Origin: Promethearchaeota archaeon
GTDB lineage: Archaea; Asgardarchaeota; Lokiarchaeia; Sigyniarchaeales; SOKP01
NCBI GenBank assembly: GCA_016840085.1
Contig: JAEOTA010000055.1
Span: 31,356 to 95,355 of the forward strand
Length of the DNA: 64,000 nucleotides
Direction: 5' to 3'
How positions within the stretch are numbered: the first letter of the stretch is position 1; every line of letters begins with the position of its first letter. Under the pieces are notes generated by a model that was not told the origin of the DNA, did not search any database, and saw only the letters and a program-made list of their open reading frames with translations. Position numbers and translations under genes: made by a program. Positions 50,463 through 60,734 of this stretch are shown piece by piece.

Positions 50463-51113
50463 TTAAAAAGAACTGATTAGAATTAGTATTCCTACAATAA
50501 TAAAAATAGATACAGCAACAACTTTAAGATAAAATTTTGGAACTTTTTTAGCAATCGTAGCACCAGCAAAGATTCCTATCCAAGCTACACTAATAAGAGC
50601 TAAAAAAGCGCCTAGCCACACCTCAACCGGAGCAGCGTGAATTGCCGCAAGTGTTATTGTTAAAATTTGGGTTTTATCTCCTAATTCCATAAGAAAAATA
50701 AAACTAAAGCCTGCAAGATAAGGATTTTTCTTAAGCCAAGAAAGTTTTCTTGTATGTGTAGCTTCTGTTTTTACTTCATTAATATTATTTTGTTTAACTA
50801 AATTTGTCTCGGATTTTAATTTTCTCTCATTTAAATAAATAGATTTAATATCTCGCAATTCATAAATGCCGATAATAATAAATAATAAACCAGAAATTAA
50901 AGATATGACATTTAAAGGAATAATTTGCGTGATTAATGAACCTAAAAGAATTCCTATTGATACAATAACAGCGAAACCAAGAGTCGCGCCTATCCCTACT
51001 TTATAAAATTTTTTATACTCTAAAGCAAGATTAAATACAATTAATTGTGTTTTATCTCCTAACTCACCTATGAATAAAATGCCATATGTTATTAGAATTA
51101 TTAAAACATCCAT
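50463..51113 (-). CDS. TMEM165/GDT1 (UPF0016) Mn/Ca transporter
   Basis: Two ELGDKTQ motifs. Confidence 0.93.
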   Translation of the reverse strand: MDVLIILITYGILFIGELGDKTQLIVFNLALEYKKFYKVGIGATLGFAVIVSIGILLGSLITQIIPLNVISLISGLLFIIIGIYELRDIKSIYLNERKLKSETNLVKQNNINEVKTEATHTRKLSWLKKNPYLAGFSFIFLMELGDKTQILTITLAAIHAAPVEVWLGAFLALISVAWIGIFAGATIAKKVPKFYLKVVAVSIFIIVGILILISSF

Positions 51114-51304
51114 ATATTAATGAATTAGAATTCATTGATATCTTTTTTGAATTAATAAAATGTTGATTGATTACCCCTTTTAGAAAAATTGAAAGATCTT
51201 GTCATAGGTTTCTTTTAGCTCATTATCAAATATCTAATTTTAAATCATTATTTTTCATGGGAATATGATAAATTTTTAAAAATTAAACTAAAAAAATTCT
51301 TATA

Positions 51305-51318
51305 TTAGATAAGCCTAA
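51305..51318. promoter_or_regulatory. DtxR/IdeR-family operator-like palindrome next to a TATA element, upstream of the iron permease
   Basis: TTAGATAAGCCTAA vs TTAGG-N4-CCTAA (one mismatch), adjoining TTATAT at 51300-51305. Confidence 0.6.
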
Positions 51319-51380
51319 AACTTTTATGATTTTTTTTTTATATTATTCATAGTCAACAAGATTAAAAAGTAAATAATTTT

Positions 51381-52310
51381 ATGATGTTTTCAATAGTAGA
51401 TCTAATAGTTCCTATATTTCTGGCATTTAGAGAAGGATTAGAAGCTGTTTTAGTCATTGTAATAATAATTTTATATCTTAAAAGTTCAAAACAAAACTAT
51501 TATTATAAATACGTCTTTCTTGGTGCCTTACTTGCAGTTATCATAAGCATTTTATTAGCCATTTTATTCAATGTATTCTTAGGGGGATTTAGTGGAATTA
51601 TTGAGGAAATTTTTGAAGGATTTACTTTCATTATTTCAGGACTTTTTATTATAACATTAATTTTATGGATGAGCAAAGAGGGTCCTAAATTAAAGGAAAC
51701 TATTGAAAATAGAGTTGAACACTCTATTGAAACGCAAAAAGTTTTTTCAATTACGATTTTAACTTTTGTCATAATTATACGAGAAGGAATTGAACTAGTA
51801 CTTCTTTTAACAGGAGCTAGTTTTATTGGTTCCTTGAATCAAATAGAAATAATTATTGGATCCTTGATTGGTTTATCTTTATCTACATTAATAGGTATAT
51901 TATCTTTTTATGGAATTAAATCAATTAATATAACTAAATTCTTTAAAATTACAAATATTATTCTAATTCTCTTTGCCGCTGGTTTAATAACATATGGTAT
52001 TCATGAATTAATAGAGGCAGGAATTATTAATCCTATTATTTCAGAACTTTGGAATATAAAATCAATTATACCAGAAAGCTTCCCTGATGGCAACCCATCA
52101 ACTCCAGAATTCATTGAAATTATAGGTTCTTTATTGAAAACGTTATTTGGATATAATTCTAATCCTTCTTTAGTCGAAGTTATTGTATATCCACTGTTAA
52201 TACTTTCGATTAGTATAATCTCATCTTTATTATGGAAAAAAAATAACACTTCTACTTTGAAAGAAAAAGAACTAGAAACAAAATTAGAAATAAGGGAGAT
52301 CTCAACTTAG
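51381..52310 (+). CDS. FTR1/EfeU-family iron permease
   Basis: REGLE and REGIE motifs, about 7 TMs. Confidence 0.93.
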   Translation: MMFSIVDLIVPIFLAFREGLEAVLVIVIIILYLKSSKQNYYYKYVFLGALLAVIISILLAILFNVFLGGFSGIIEEIFEGFTFIISGLFIITLILWMSKEGPKLKETIENRVEHSIETQKVFSITILTFVIIIREGIELVLLLTGASFIGSLNQIEIIIGSLIGLSLSTLIGILSFYGIKSINITKFFKITNIILILFAAGLITYGIHELIEAGIINPIISELWNIKSIIPESFPDGNPSTPEFIEIIGSLLKTLFGYNSNPSLVEVIVYPLLILSISIISSLLWKKNNTSTLKEKELETKLEIREIST

Positions 52311-52657
52311 GGATTCTTCTGTTTGGATCATCTTCCACTTTAAATAATAATAAAAAATTGGTATCGCAATCCCTATATTATTCTAAGATTTATTTACTTT
52401 TTTACCCTGAAATAGATAATTAAATTATTCAAAAATTAATAATATATGAGAGGATAATTTTTTGTTAATATTGAACTTTTTTTATCTTTTAAACTAACTT
52501 TTTTAGTGTTTAGGTAATTCTTTTTTATAGATCTATTTTTGAAATAAATATCTAGAGATTTAAAAAAATTAGGTGAGAAAAGAATTGATCAAGCACAATT
52601 TAAGAAGTGAGTGTTTTTAGAACCAGAAAGATTTTTTTGGTAAGTAAATTAAACCTA

Positions 52658-53077
52658 TTATTCACTCATGCTTTCTTTTACATATTTCAAAGATTCACTT
52701 ATCAATTCTTTCAGAACAGGAATACTAACATCCTCTAGTTTATTTAAATATAGACATGACTTACCCAGTTTATGTTTTCCCAACTTTTTAAGTAAATCCT
52801 CATATTTTTCAAAGCCATCCATAATATAAATAGTAAGGTATTGTTTTCTGGGGGAAAATCCAATTGCTAACCAATCCGCCTCTCGTCCACTCGCGTATTT
52901 ATAATGATAACTCCCCAATCCCACAATGCTATCACCCCACATAATCGGTTCTTCCTGAGTGATTTCTCGCATTAGCTTTAAGATCTTGAAACTATCATCT
53001 CGTCTTCTCGGGTTTTCAACCTTATTTAGAAACTCTTTTACATTTTTATCAGTGGGTTTAGTTTTTAGCTCTGTCAT
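52658..53077 (-). CDS. DUF1801 (YdhG-like) protein
   Basis: MWGDSIVG.G.YHYKYASGRE, GFSPRK, LGKHKLGKSCLY. Confidence 0.9.
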   Translation of the reverse strand: MTELKTKPTDKNVKEFLNKVENPRRRDDSFKILKLMREITQEEPIMWGDSIVGLGSYHYKYASGREADWLAIGFSPRKQYLTIYIMDGFEKYEDLLKKLGKHKLGKSCLYLNKLEDVSIPVLKELISESLKYVKESMSE

Positions 53078-53192
53078 ATAAAATAAGATTAAAATAACCT
53101 ACTAAAAAGTTTTAATTATATTTTATAAAATAGTACGTCCATTTTATGATCGCATTAAACTTTTAGTTAATAAATAATTACATCTTATAATT

Positions 53193-53975
53193 ATGCCAGA
53201 ACTGCCAGAAGTGGAGACTTTAAAACGATATTTAGATAAAACATCTTTAAAGCAAGTCATTGATATCATAAAAGTAAATGATAACAGAGTTTTGAATGTA
53301 AGTGAAAGAGATTTAATAAAATCTCTAAAAGATAGCCGATTCGAATCCACAATACGGCATGGTAAATATATTTTTGTGTATCTCAATCCAAGATATCTTA
53401 TTATGCATTTTGGCATGACGGGAGATTTAGAATATTATCATAAGAAAGAAGATGAACCAAAATTCAGTAAAGTTATATTTCAATTCAAAAATGATTATAA
53501 TTTAGCTTATTTATCTCGTAGAATGTTTGGAAGATTAGATATTGTAGAAACAACTGAGGAATTTATCGAAAAGAAAAAATTAGGACCTGATGCTTTGAAA
53601 ATGAGTTTTGAAGACTTTGAAGAAGCAACGAAGAGAAGATCTGCTATTATTAAAAATGCATTATTAAATCAAAGTTTTATTGCGGGTATTGGGAATATTT
53701 ATTCTGATGAAATTTTATTCAAATCAAGAATAAATCCGTATACTAAAATGGATTCCATAAATGAGATAAAAATGAAAAAATTATTTGAAAATATTAAAGA
53801 AGTTCTAAAATTTGGAATCGAAAAAGAAGGTAACTTAAGCACTTTTCCAAGAGAATTCTTAATCCCTCACCGCAAGAAAGAAGAACGATGTCCCATTTGT
53901 GATAATGAAATTAAACGTTATGATATATCAGGGCGGCGAGGATTCTTTTGTCCAAAATGTCAAAAGAGATCATGA
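53193..53975 (+). CDS. Fpg/Nei-family DNA glycosylase/AP lyase
   Basis: N-terminal PELPEVE, RHGK, HFGMTG, H2TH GIGNIYSDE, zinc finger CPIC..CPKCQ. Confidence 0.93.
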   Translation: MPELPEVETLKRYLDKTSLKQVIDIIKVNDNRVLNVSERDLIKSLKDSRFESTIRHGKYIFVYLNPRYLIMHFGMTGDLEYYHKKEDEPKFSKVIFQFKNDYNLAYLSRRMFGRLDIVETTEEFIEKKKLGPDALKMSFEDFEEATKRRSAIIKNALLNQSFIAGIGNIYSDEILFKSRINPYTKMDSINEIKMKKLFENIKEVLKFGIEKEGNLSTFPREFLIPHRKKEERCPICDNEIKRYDISGRRGFFCPKCQKRS

Positions 53976-54156
53976 TTTATTATTTTAGGATTCATTAAGT
54001 ACATCTGTCAAATCTATAAATTTATTTCTTGCCCTTTTTTTAAGCATGGACATCTTTATGAAAGAAAAAGGTGATCATTACCATTATTTGTCTAAATTCT
54101 CAGATAGTCAAGCTCAAGAAGATATTGAAGAAATACTAAATTTAATCTAAACTTCT

Positions 54157-56643
54157 TCAAAGTTTTTCCATAAAATCAAACAAATCTGCAGTCTTTGGAT
54201 ATTTTTTTTTAATCTTTATTGATATTTCTGACTTATCTTTATATGAATTTTCTTGCTGATCGGCATTCTGAGACGCCCAAAAAGTTTTAATGCGTTTGAT
54301 GAGATCTGGGGAGAGTTCGATTTTCCAATCGGTTGGTAGAACACTTTTATAATAGGGTGTGCTAAATCGGTGCCCTATTAACATCACAAACCCGCGATCA
54401 GTAGATGTCCGGAAAATTCGTCCTGCGGCTTGAATCACTTTCATCATCCCGGGATTCCGATAGGCATATTCGAAGCCTTTTTTCCACTTGAATTCGAAAT
54501 ATTTTCGCATTAATTCTTGCTCCATAGAAAACGCGGGCAGTCCAGGACCGATAATGAAAGTTCCAATGGCCATATCCCCGGTAAAATCCACACCTTCACT
54601 AAAGATTCCCCCATGCACAGCTAGTAGAAGATATTTTTTATCAGGTGTTTGGAGTTTTTTTAAATACTTTCTACGTTTGCTCTCACTCATTTGACGTTCT
54701 TGTACTATAAGCTCAACTGAGAGGGGGTAAGTTTCAATCTCACGTTGAACAGCTTTAAGATATGAAAATGAAGGAAAAAAAGCCAAATAATTTCCAGTTT
54801 TAACATTCACAGCATTACAAATTGTTGCTGCAACATGATCATAAAACTCTAGACGGTATTCATATTTTGTGGAAACATTGGGCATGAGAAGATAAAGACG
54901 ATTTTGTTGAGCAAAGGGGGAATTATATTGTATTTTCTGTGTTGTGGGGGGATACCCTACCATCTTTTGGAAATAATCAAGTGGGAATAAGGTCGCTGAT
55001 TGCATGATAACCGAATGAAATCCTGCGATTTGTTTTTCGAGTTTTGGTGCCGCCGATTTGCATAATATTTTGATTTTTCCTTCTTTTATATATATTAATT
55101 CGCTATACTCAGGAGAATCACTTTCTTGCAAGATTGTCGAGAACTGACGCAAATTTAACACAAATTCTACGACCTTATCTTTCCCTCCTGGTCGAAAACC
55201 TTGTTGGAAAGTATAGGCTCGAATATACGACAATAGAAGCTGATCATAATCCTTCAATATTTGTCGGAAGAATTTTTTATCAAATTTCGCCAGAATTGGT
55301 TTCTTTGTTACCAAATCGGGAAATTGGTTGATCAACTCCATAATGAAATTGGTTATTTGTTGGTAGATGGCAATGCCTTTCTTCTCAATAGATTTTGGCA
55401 TGCGCAACGACCGTAAATAATCACTAACATCAGTAAGGGATTGTAGAGTTATTTCTGGAGAATAGTAAGTCATCGCTCGGAAGGGTAAATTATGGGCTTC
55501 ATCGACAATCAATATGATATCATCATAGGGTTGGTCAAAAAACCGCTTCAACTTGATGTATGGATGGAATACATAATTATAATCCCCGACAATCACATCA
55601 CAATAGAGAGCACAATCCAGAGAAATTTCAAAAGGGCAGATAGTATGGCTTTTTGCCATTTTTCGAATATATCGAGCATCAATGACCTGTTTAACGAGCA
55701 TTTCTGAAACGATCTTATCCAAAGAGACCTTCCCGTAATTATCAAGGTAGGGACACAATGATTTCTCACAGATAAAAGCACTATTTATACACATTTTTTC
55801 TTTCGCAGTAAGAATAATCGAATTAAACTTCGCTTTCTTTTTAGTAAATATCTGTAAAGTGTCCCGATAGATATGCTGCTGGGTAGTTTTTGAGGTAGTG
55901 ACAAACACGCGCTTATTTTTCTTTAAGGCATATTTTAACGCGGGAAATAAAGTTCCAACGGTCTTTCCTAAACCAGAGGGGGCTAAAAGCATTAATCGTT
56001 CTCGTTTCTGAAGGCTTTGGATGGTCTTTTGGATGATTTCTTCTTGATTAGGACGATATTTCTCAAAGGGAAAAATGACCGTTTTGGCGCGTTCTCGCTG
56101 CTCTGCTTTTAATTTTTGTGCTATCTTCCAAGAGGTTAAAATAGTTTCACATTGTTTTTGAATATATTCCGAAAGATCTTGTAGGGGAACATCAATAATT
56201 TTGGTTTTGTCGGTATAAATATCAATTAACACCAGCCGGCACTGAATGTGTTCCCCCAACTTGAGAAAATGATGCCCATACAATAACAACTGCAAACGAT
56301 ATTCTTCGGCAGTTTTTGATTCAAGATTAAAGTCATCAAGGTCCGAGACTGACTTAATTTCTTCAATAACCAAGATTCCCTCCGCTTCATAGACGATGTC
56401 AGCACGCCCCGAAATGATAAATTTCCACCCTTGAACCTCTGTTTGAAATTTTACCAAAACTTCACGTTGGAAGGTCTTTTCAGTTTTCTTTCGGTTTTTT
56501 TGGAAAAGATGGTGAACTTCAGTTCCTTTTGAGGCTCGAATGCGCAATGGAATTGCCGAATTAAAAAATTTACGTTCGGAGGATGCAAAGATAATGTCTT
56601 TTATTGAGATTTGGAATTCTTTGTGCTCCTTGATGACTTTCAA
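54157..56643 (-). CDS. PD-(D/E)xK nuclease fused to XPD/DinG-family Fe-S helicase
   Basis: GRADIV..IEEIKS; APSGLGKT; four Fe-S Cys; DEAHN; SAT; SEGVD; QAAGRIFR. Confidence 0.9.
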   Translation of the reverse strand: MKVIKEHKEFQISIKDIIFASSERKFFNSAIPLRIRASKGTEVHHLFQKNRKKTEKTFQREVLVKFQTEVQGWKFIISGRADIVYEAEGILVIEEIKSVSDLDDFNLESKTAEEYRLQLLLYGHHFLKLGEHIQCRLVLIDIYTDKTKIIDVPLQDLSEYIQKQCETILTSWKIAQKLKAEQRERAKTVIFPFEKYRPNQEEIIQKTIQSLQKRERLMLLAPSGLGKTVGTLFPALKYALKKNKRVFVTTSKTTQQHIYRDTLQIFTKKKAKFNSIILTAKEKMCINSAFICEKSLCPYLDNYGKVSLDKIVSEMLVKQVIDARYIRKMAKSHTICPFEISLDCALYCDVIVGDYNYVFHPYIKLKRFFDQPYDDIILIVDEAHNLPFRAMTYYSPEITLQSLTDVSDYLRSLRMPKSIEKKGIAIYQQITNFIMELINQFPDLVTKKPILAKFDKKFFRQILKDYDQLLLSYIRAYTFQQGFRPGGKDKVVEFVLNLRQFSTILQESDSPEYSELIYIKEGKIKILCKSAAPKLEKQIAGFHSVIMQSATLFPLDYFQKMVGYPPTTQKIQYNSPFAQQNRLYLLMPNVSTKYEYRLEFYDHVAATICNAVNVKTGNYLAFFPSFSYLKAVQREIETYPLSVELIVQERQMSESKRRKYLKKLQTPDKKYLLLAVHGGIFSEGVDFTGDMAIGTFIIGPGLPAFSMEQELMRKYFEFKWKKGFEYAYRNPGMMKVIQAAGRIFRTSTDRGFVMLIGHRFSTPYYKSVLPTDWKIELSPDLIKRIKTFWASQNADQQENSYKDKSEISIKIKKKYPKTADLFDFMEKL

Positions 56644-56875
56644 TTTTTTTGATCACTAGCACTAACAAGTTTATTTCTTATATTAAAAAACAGCCCCTCA
56701 CTGAAATTTTAAATTATTAAGGTGAAATTAAGATGTTTTACTAAAACTTTAGAAACATTACTTTCTCAAGAAAATTAAAATAACTGAAGACTATAGGTCC
56801 CTAACCACGATTTACCCTTACATACTTAAATATCATTGCTCCCTTGTATATCATAATAACTTTTAAGGTGAAATT

Positions 56876-57601
56876 ATGGAAAAAATCGAAAATGAAAAAA
56901 ATGGATTAATTCAAAGCCAAAAATCATTGTATACAAAATTAAAAAGAATAAACAAATTATTTAAAATTCATTTCTCTTCGTTAATCCTGTTATTTTTATT
57001 TGCCTTAGGGTTTATTATTCTATGGACATATTTACTGGTTACTGGGCAAGCAACAACTGATCTTGCTCAAAGATATGGCCTATTTGGAACCATAGTGACT
57101 ATTATTCTAACTACCGTTCTTTCCTTACTAATAATTCAAATAGGAATACAGATAATTTTTTACGGGTTATTCATAATCAGAGGAAATCGTTCTCTTAAAC
57201 AGGGTGATAAAAAAGCACGAACTGCTCTCTACGACGGAATTATCCCATATATTACCAATTTTTATGCGTTTTTTAATCGCTATTCAAAAGAAAAAACAAC
57301 TTTAATTAAATTAGTGAATACTTTCTTATTCTTTAATTTCATTTCGGGTTTTTATGTTATTTTCTTATTTACACGCTTTTTGGGTGCTGGAAATGGGAAT
57401 TTTTTAATAGATATTTCTATGGTAATATTATTTCTATCAATGCTAGTCTTTTGGCTAATGAATTTGATGACTTCAATTAAAATTAGAAGCGAAGTCGTCA
57501 AATGGGAAAAATTATTCCCTAAATTAGAAGAATGGGCTCAAAAATTAGAACAATTATCTTCTGAAAATTCAATTCTTTTTGACAAGGAGGAGCCCCCTTA
57601 A
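56876..57601 (+). CDS. Hypothetical 4-TM membrane protein
   Basis: Four hydrophobic segments; AAGGTGA RBS upstream. Confidence 0.7.
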   Translation: MEKIENEKNGLIQSQKSLYTKLKRINKLFKIHFSSLILLFLFALGFIILWTYLLVTGQATTDLAQRYGLFGTIVTIILTTVLSLLIIQIGIQIIFYGLFIIRGNRSLKQGDKKARTALYDGIIPYITNFYAFFNRYSKEKTTLIKLVNTFLFFNFISGFYVIFLFTRFLGAGNGNFLIDISMVILFLSMLVFWLMNLMTSIKIRSEVVKWEKLFPKLEEWAQKLEQLSSENSILFDKEEPP

Positions 57602-57623
57602 TTTTTTTTTTGGTGATGTCTGA

Positions 57624-57923
57624 ATGAGTTCTTCAAGACGTAGTAAATTCGAAATCTGGGCTGAAGTATTAGAATTTTGCCTAAGGGCAAAAAGAACTCA
57701 GACATGGTTATTACGAAAAACACGTTTAAAAACGGGCGCGATAAAAGAAACACTTCAATTTCTCCTATCTCGAAATTTAGTTGAAAAATTAAATGAGGGT
57801 GATAGTATAAAATATCATACAACAGACCGAGGGGAAGAAGTATTAAAAAAATTTTATACCCTCATTAATGACTATTTTAATTTAAATCAAAATAGAATAA
57901 AAAGTGATAACCCAGAGCCATAA
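57624..57923 (+). CDS. Winged-helix transcriptional regulator (archaeal COG3432-like)
   Basis: RRSKFEIWAEVL ... YHTTDRG; GGTGA upstream. Confidence 0.8.
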   Translation: MSSSRRSKFEIWAEVLEFCLRAKRTQTWLLRKTRLKTGAIKETLQFLLSRNLVEKLNEGDSIKYHTTDRGEEVLKKFYTLINDYFNLNQNRIKSDNPEP

Positions 57924-57940
57924 TCTAGTCTTTGTAAATT

Positions 57941-59560
57941 TTAAAAGTGTTCTTTTGGCATAGACATCAATGAATTGATTAAATCAGATATACATTGAGC
58001 AGTGGAATGTAGTTTATCTATATCAATCTTATCGAGTGTATCTTCTGCTGTGAGTAAATAATATGGAGACCTGATCCAATGAATAACTTTTAAATCTGCT
58101 TGAATCGCAAAGTGTCCCGCTTCTCCAATTGGAGGAGTTGCGAAAAAGTTATCTGGAATTAAAATCATTCTCTCAATCTTATGTTCCTTACACACCTTAA
58201 TTACAGGTGCTACTAAATTTTCATTTCGTGAGATAAATACTGCACCCATTGCTAGATTATCAGTTATTTTAAAATTATGTGTTTCTGGGTCTTCTACAAC
58301 TTCTTTCGCACACATATGTTCTAAATTTACGTCTACAAGGACATTTCGTAACAAGTTGTCCTTATATCTACGGGCAAATGATTCGGCACCTATCCCTCCA
58401 TATAGATGTCCTGCAGATATACAAAATAATAAAGATCTGGGACGATTGTCTTTTGGAATTTTGGACCATGTTCTTAATTGTGATAATACTATAGCTACTC
58501 CTGTGCCATCCTCAGAAGCTCCCTTAAATGCTGAATCATGATGACTTGAAATCATTATCATTTCTTCTGAATTGCCAGGTAAAATGCCCCAAATATTATG
58601 TGCTACACTTGGTTCTTGAAATCCTTCAAGTATTATAGTCCCTTGATAATTGTTGGTCTGTGCTAACTCTCGAACCTTTATTCCGTCATACTTTCCTACA
58701 AATAACGCGGGAATAGGCTTCATAACTCCATCATAAGGGCCCCAATGACTATTAATATTTGAAGGATAATCCCTTAAAATTAATATCAATCCTACCGCAC
58801 CTCTATCGAATGATCGCCAATAGACAGAATCTTCTCTTCTTTTTCCACCTAAAGCCTGAGGAGGTAAATTTGATAAGACAAATGTTAAGATGAGTTCAGT
58901 AGTTTTGTCAATTGAATTTTTTGGATCAGAAACATAATACAATTTTGCTAATCTTATCAATTTCCCTAAAGGTAAAGTTGGAATTTCAATATCAGCAACT
59001 ACAATCTTACTTTTGACATCCATATTTTTAAAATCTTTTTCTTGACCCGTGCCAACATAAACTAGAGGAGCTGTTATACCATCTCCTGTTGTAAATCCTG
59101 TGTTAAGCATAAAAAAGCATGGGACTTCTATTTCTTCTCCTTCCGTTGATATTCTTAATTTCCAATTTGTCGCACTCCAATTTATAACATCAACAGGATC
59201 TCTACTCACAGAACCCAACCCTAATTCCTTAAATTTGCTTAACAAAAAATCCTCAATTTCATGGGCTTCATCAGTGCCAATTCTGCGATGTGGAACTTTA
59301 CATACATCTTCTAAATCTTTCTGAATAATTTCGGTAATTGGTGCTTCAATTTTTAATTTTGGTGTTTTTGCTTCAAGTAGAATTTTATCAACTCTTTTCC
59401 GTATCTTTCTCATTTTTGGAATTAACTTTAGCAAATTGAAAAGGAATTTCTTTTTAGACAATCGAAATTCTGTAACAGATTCTGAATTTTCTTGCATTTC
59501 ATTCATAACTAGATTAATATTCTCTTCATATTTATTTAAAATTAGTCTATATTTTTTCAA
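57941..59560 (-). CDS. PA-domain M28-family peptidase-like protein
   Basis: HRRIGT, APLVYVG PA domain, SSHHDS, GASEDGTG, NLEH; start uncertain. Confidence 0.75.
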   Translation of the reverse strand: MKKYRLILNKYEENINLVMNEMQENSESVTEFRLSKKKFLFNLLKLIPKMRKIRKRVDKILLEAKTPKLKIEAPITEIIQKDLEDVCKVPHRRIGTDEAHEIEDFLLSKFKELGLGSVSRDPVDVINWSATNWKLRISTEGEEIEVPCFFMLNTGFTTGDGITAPLVYVGTGQEKDFKNMDVKSKIVVADIEIPTLPLGKLIRLAKLYYVSDPKNSIDKTTELILTFVLSNLPPQALGGKRREDSVYWRSFDRGAVGLILILRDYPSNINSHWGPYDGVMKPIPALFVGKYDGIKVRELAQTNNYQGTIILEGFQEPSVAHNIWGILPGNSEEMIMISSHHDSAFKGASEDGTGVAIVLSQLRTWSKIPKDNRPRSLLFCISAGHLYGGIGAESFARRYKDNLLRNVLVDVNLEHMCAKEVVEDPETHNFKITDNLAMGAVFISRNENLVAPVIKVCKEHKIERMILIPDNFFATPPIGEAGHFAIQADLKVIHWIRSPYYLLTAEDTLDKIDIDKLHSTAQCISDLINSLMSMPKEHF

Positions 59561-59940
59561 TTTTAAAAAAAATTATTTACATTTTTAAATTGTGGTCTAT
59601 CTTTAGATAACAAATCTTAAGCTCAACTTCTTAAGTCAAAGTTTCGATGTTCTTTTAGATAATTTAATTAGCATTTCCACATCAATTTCATTTCCACTAT
59701 GGTTCGTATCCTAACACTGTTCATATCTTTTCATCTTATTAATAATTGAAGAACCTGAATTATACTAACATCCAAATAGAATAAAATAGATAAAAGAACC
59801 AACGCACTAGCTTTAAAATTTCTTTTTCTGTGAGTCGTGTCGTTCTTGTCAGAATATTCTTATTTAATTGTTTAAATGTGATTTGTTTAACGTATTGAGA
59901 AATGTTAAATAAATTTTCTATAAACCTTGAAAATTTTAAG

Positions 59941-59971
59941 GAAAAAAGAAAAAAAAATTTAATAAATAAAA
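59941..59971 (-). terminator. Oligo-T terminator-like tract downstream of the histone gene
   Basis: A-rich run on + strand reads TTTTATTTATTAAATTTTTTTTTCTTTTTTC on the coding strand. Confidence 0.5.
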
Positions 59972-59990
59972 TGCTTTACCCATAGCCCAT

Positions 59991-60206
59991 TTAGAAGTAT
60001 TTAATAGCTAAAAGAATATCGTCCCGTGTTATTTTTTTACGTTTTGAGTGTTTGGTTAATGTTAAAGCTGTTTTTGTCAATTTCTCAGCAGATGATCCCA
60101 ACCATTCAACCAATTCATTTACAGCATCACGAGCAACGATAATGGCCCCATTATGTTTCATTAATCTTCTAATAGGACTCCAACTTATATATTCAGAACC
60201 TGCCAT
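59991..60206 (-). CDS. Archaeal histone (HMf-like histone fold)
   Basis: PIRRLMK..GA..VA.DA...L...A..L...A.....HSKRKKI...DI.LA; strong GGAGG RBS. Confidence 0.93.
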   Translation of the reverse strand: MAGSEYISWSPIRRLMKHNGAIIVARDAVNELVEWLGSSAEKLTKTALTLTKHSKRKKITRDDILLAIKYF

Positions 60207-60734
60207 TTTTTATTCCTCCACTTTTTCAATTATTTACTTAACTTTTTAATAAATTTTATTATTTTTTAAGAGTATGTTACATTGATATGCAGCTTTTAGA
60301 TATTTAAAGATTCTTGTTCGCACTTAATTTTATGGAAAAAAAAATAAAAAAAATTATACGACTAAATTCGAAATTATGAAGTTGATCAATCTCGTGGAAG
60401 TTAGGAATTTTCTATTGATTTATTTGCTATTTGGTCTAATATTTACAAATACGTATAAATAAATTTTTTACTTATTTTTCATAAAATCGTATAATTGATT
60501 TTTAGAACAAAAGAAAATCTCAATGGTTGATAGAAAATGGCTCAAGACTATGAGTCTGATGGTAATCCTTAATAATTAATATATATTCCCCTTTAATCCT
60601 AATTTTCTTCAATTACTTTCTATTTTTTTTTTTTGAATCGAATAGGACGATTATAGAAAACTTTTTTAGTCTCCATATAATAAAATATGTTATAAATTGA
60701 AAATATGCTAGTAAAACTAGCTATAATAAAAAGA

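Noticed and set aside
54157-56643. Cas4/CasDinG CRISPR module
   Set aside because: No CRISPR array or other cas genes, and the nuclease domain lacks the Cas4 cysteine cluster
59590-59860. Coding-like spacer between the peptidase and the histone
   Set aside because: Stops interrupt the frame I translated and no family could be recognised; possibly a decayed gene, but unsupported
60697-60727. Bacterial sigma70-like promoter TTGAAA-N19-TATAAT
   Set aside because: Spacing is too long and such hexamers are common in AT-rich DNA; the archaeal TATA at 60690 is more plausible
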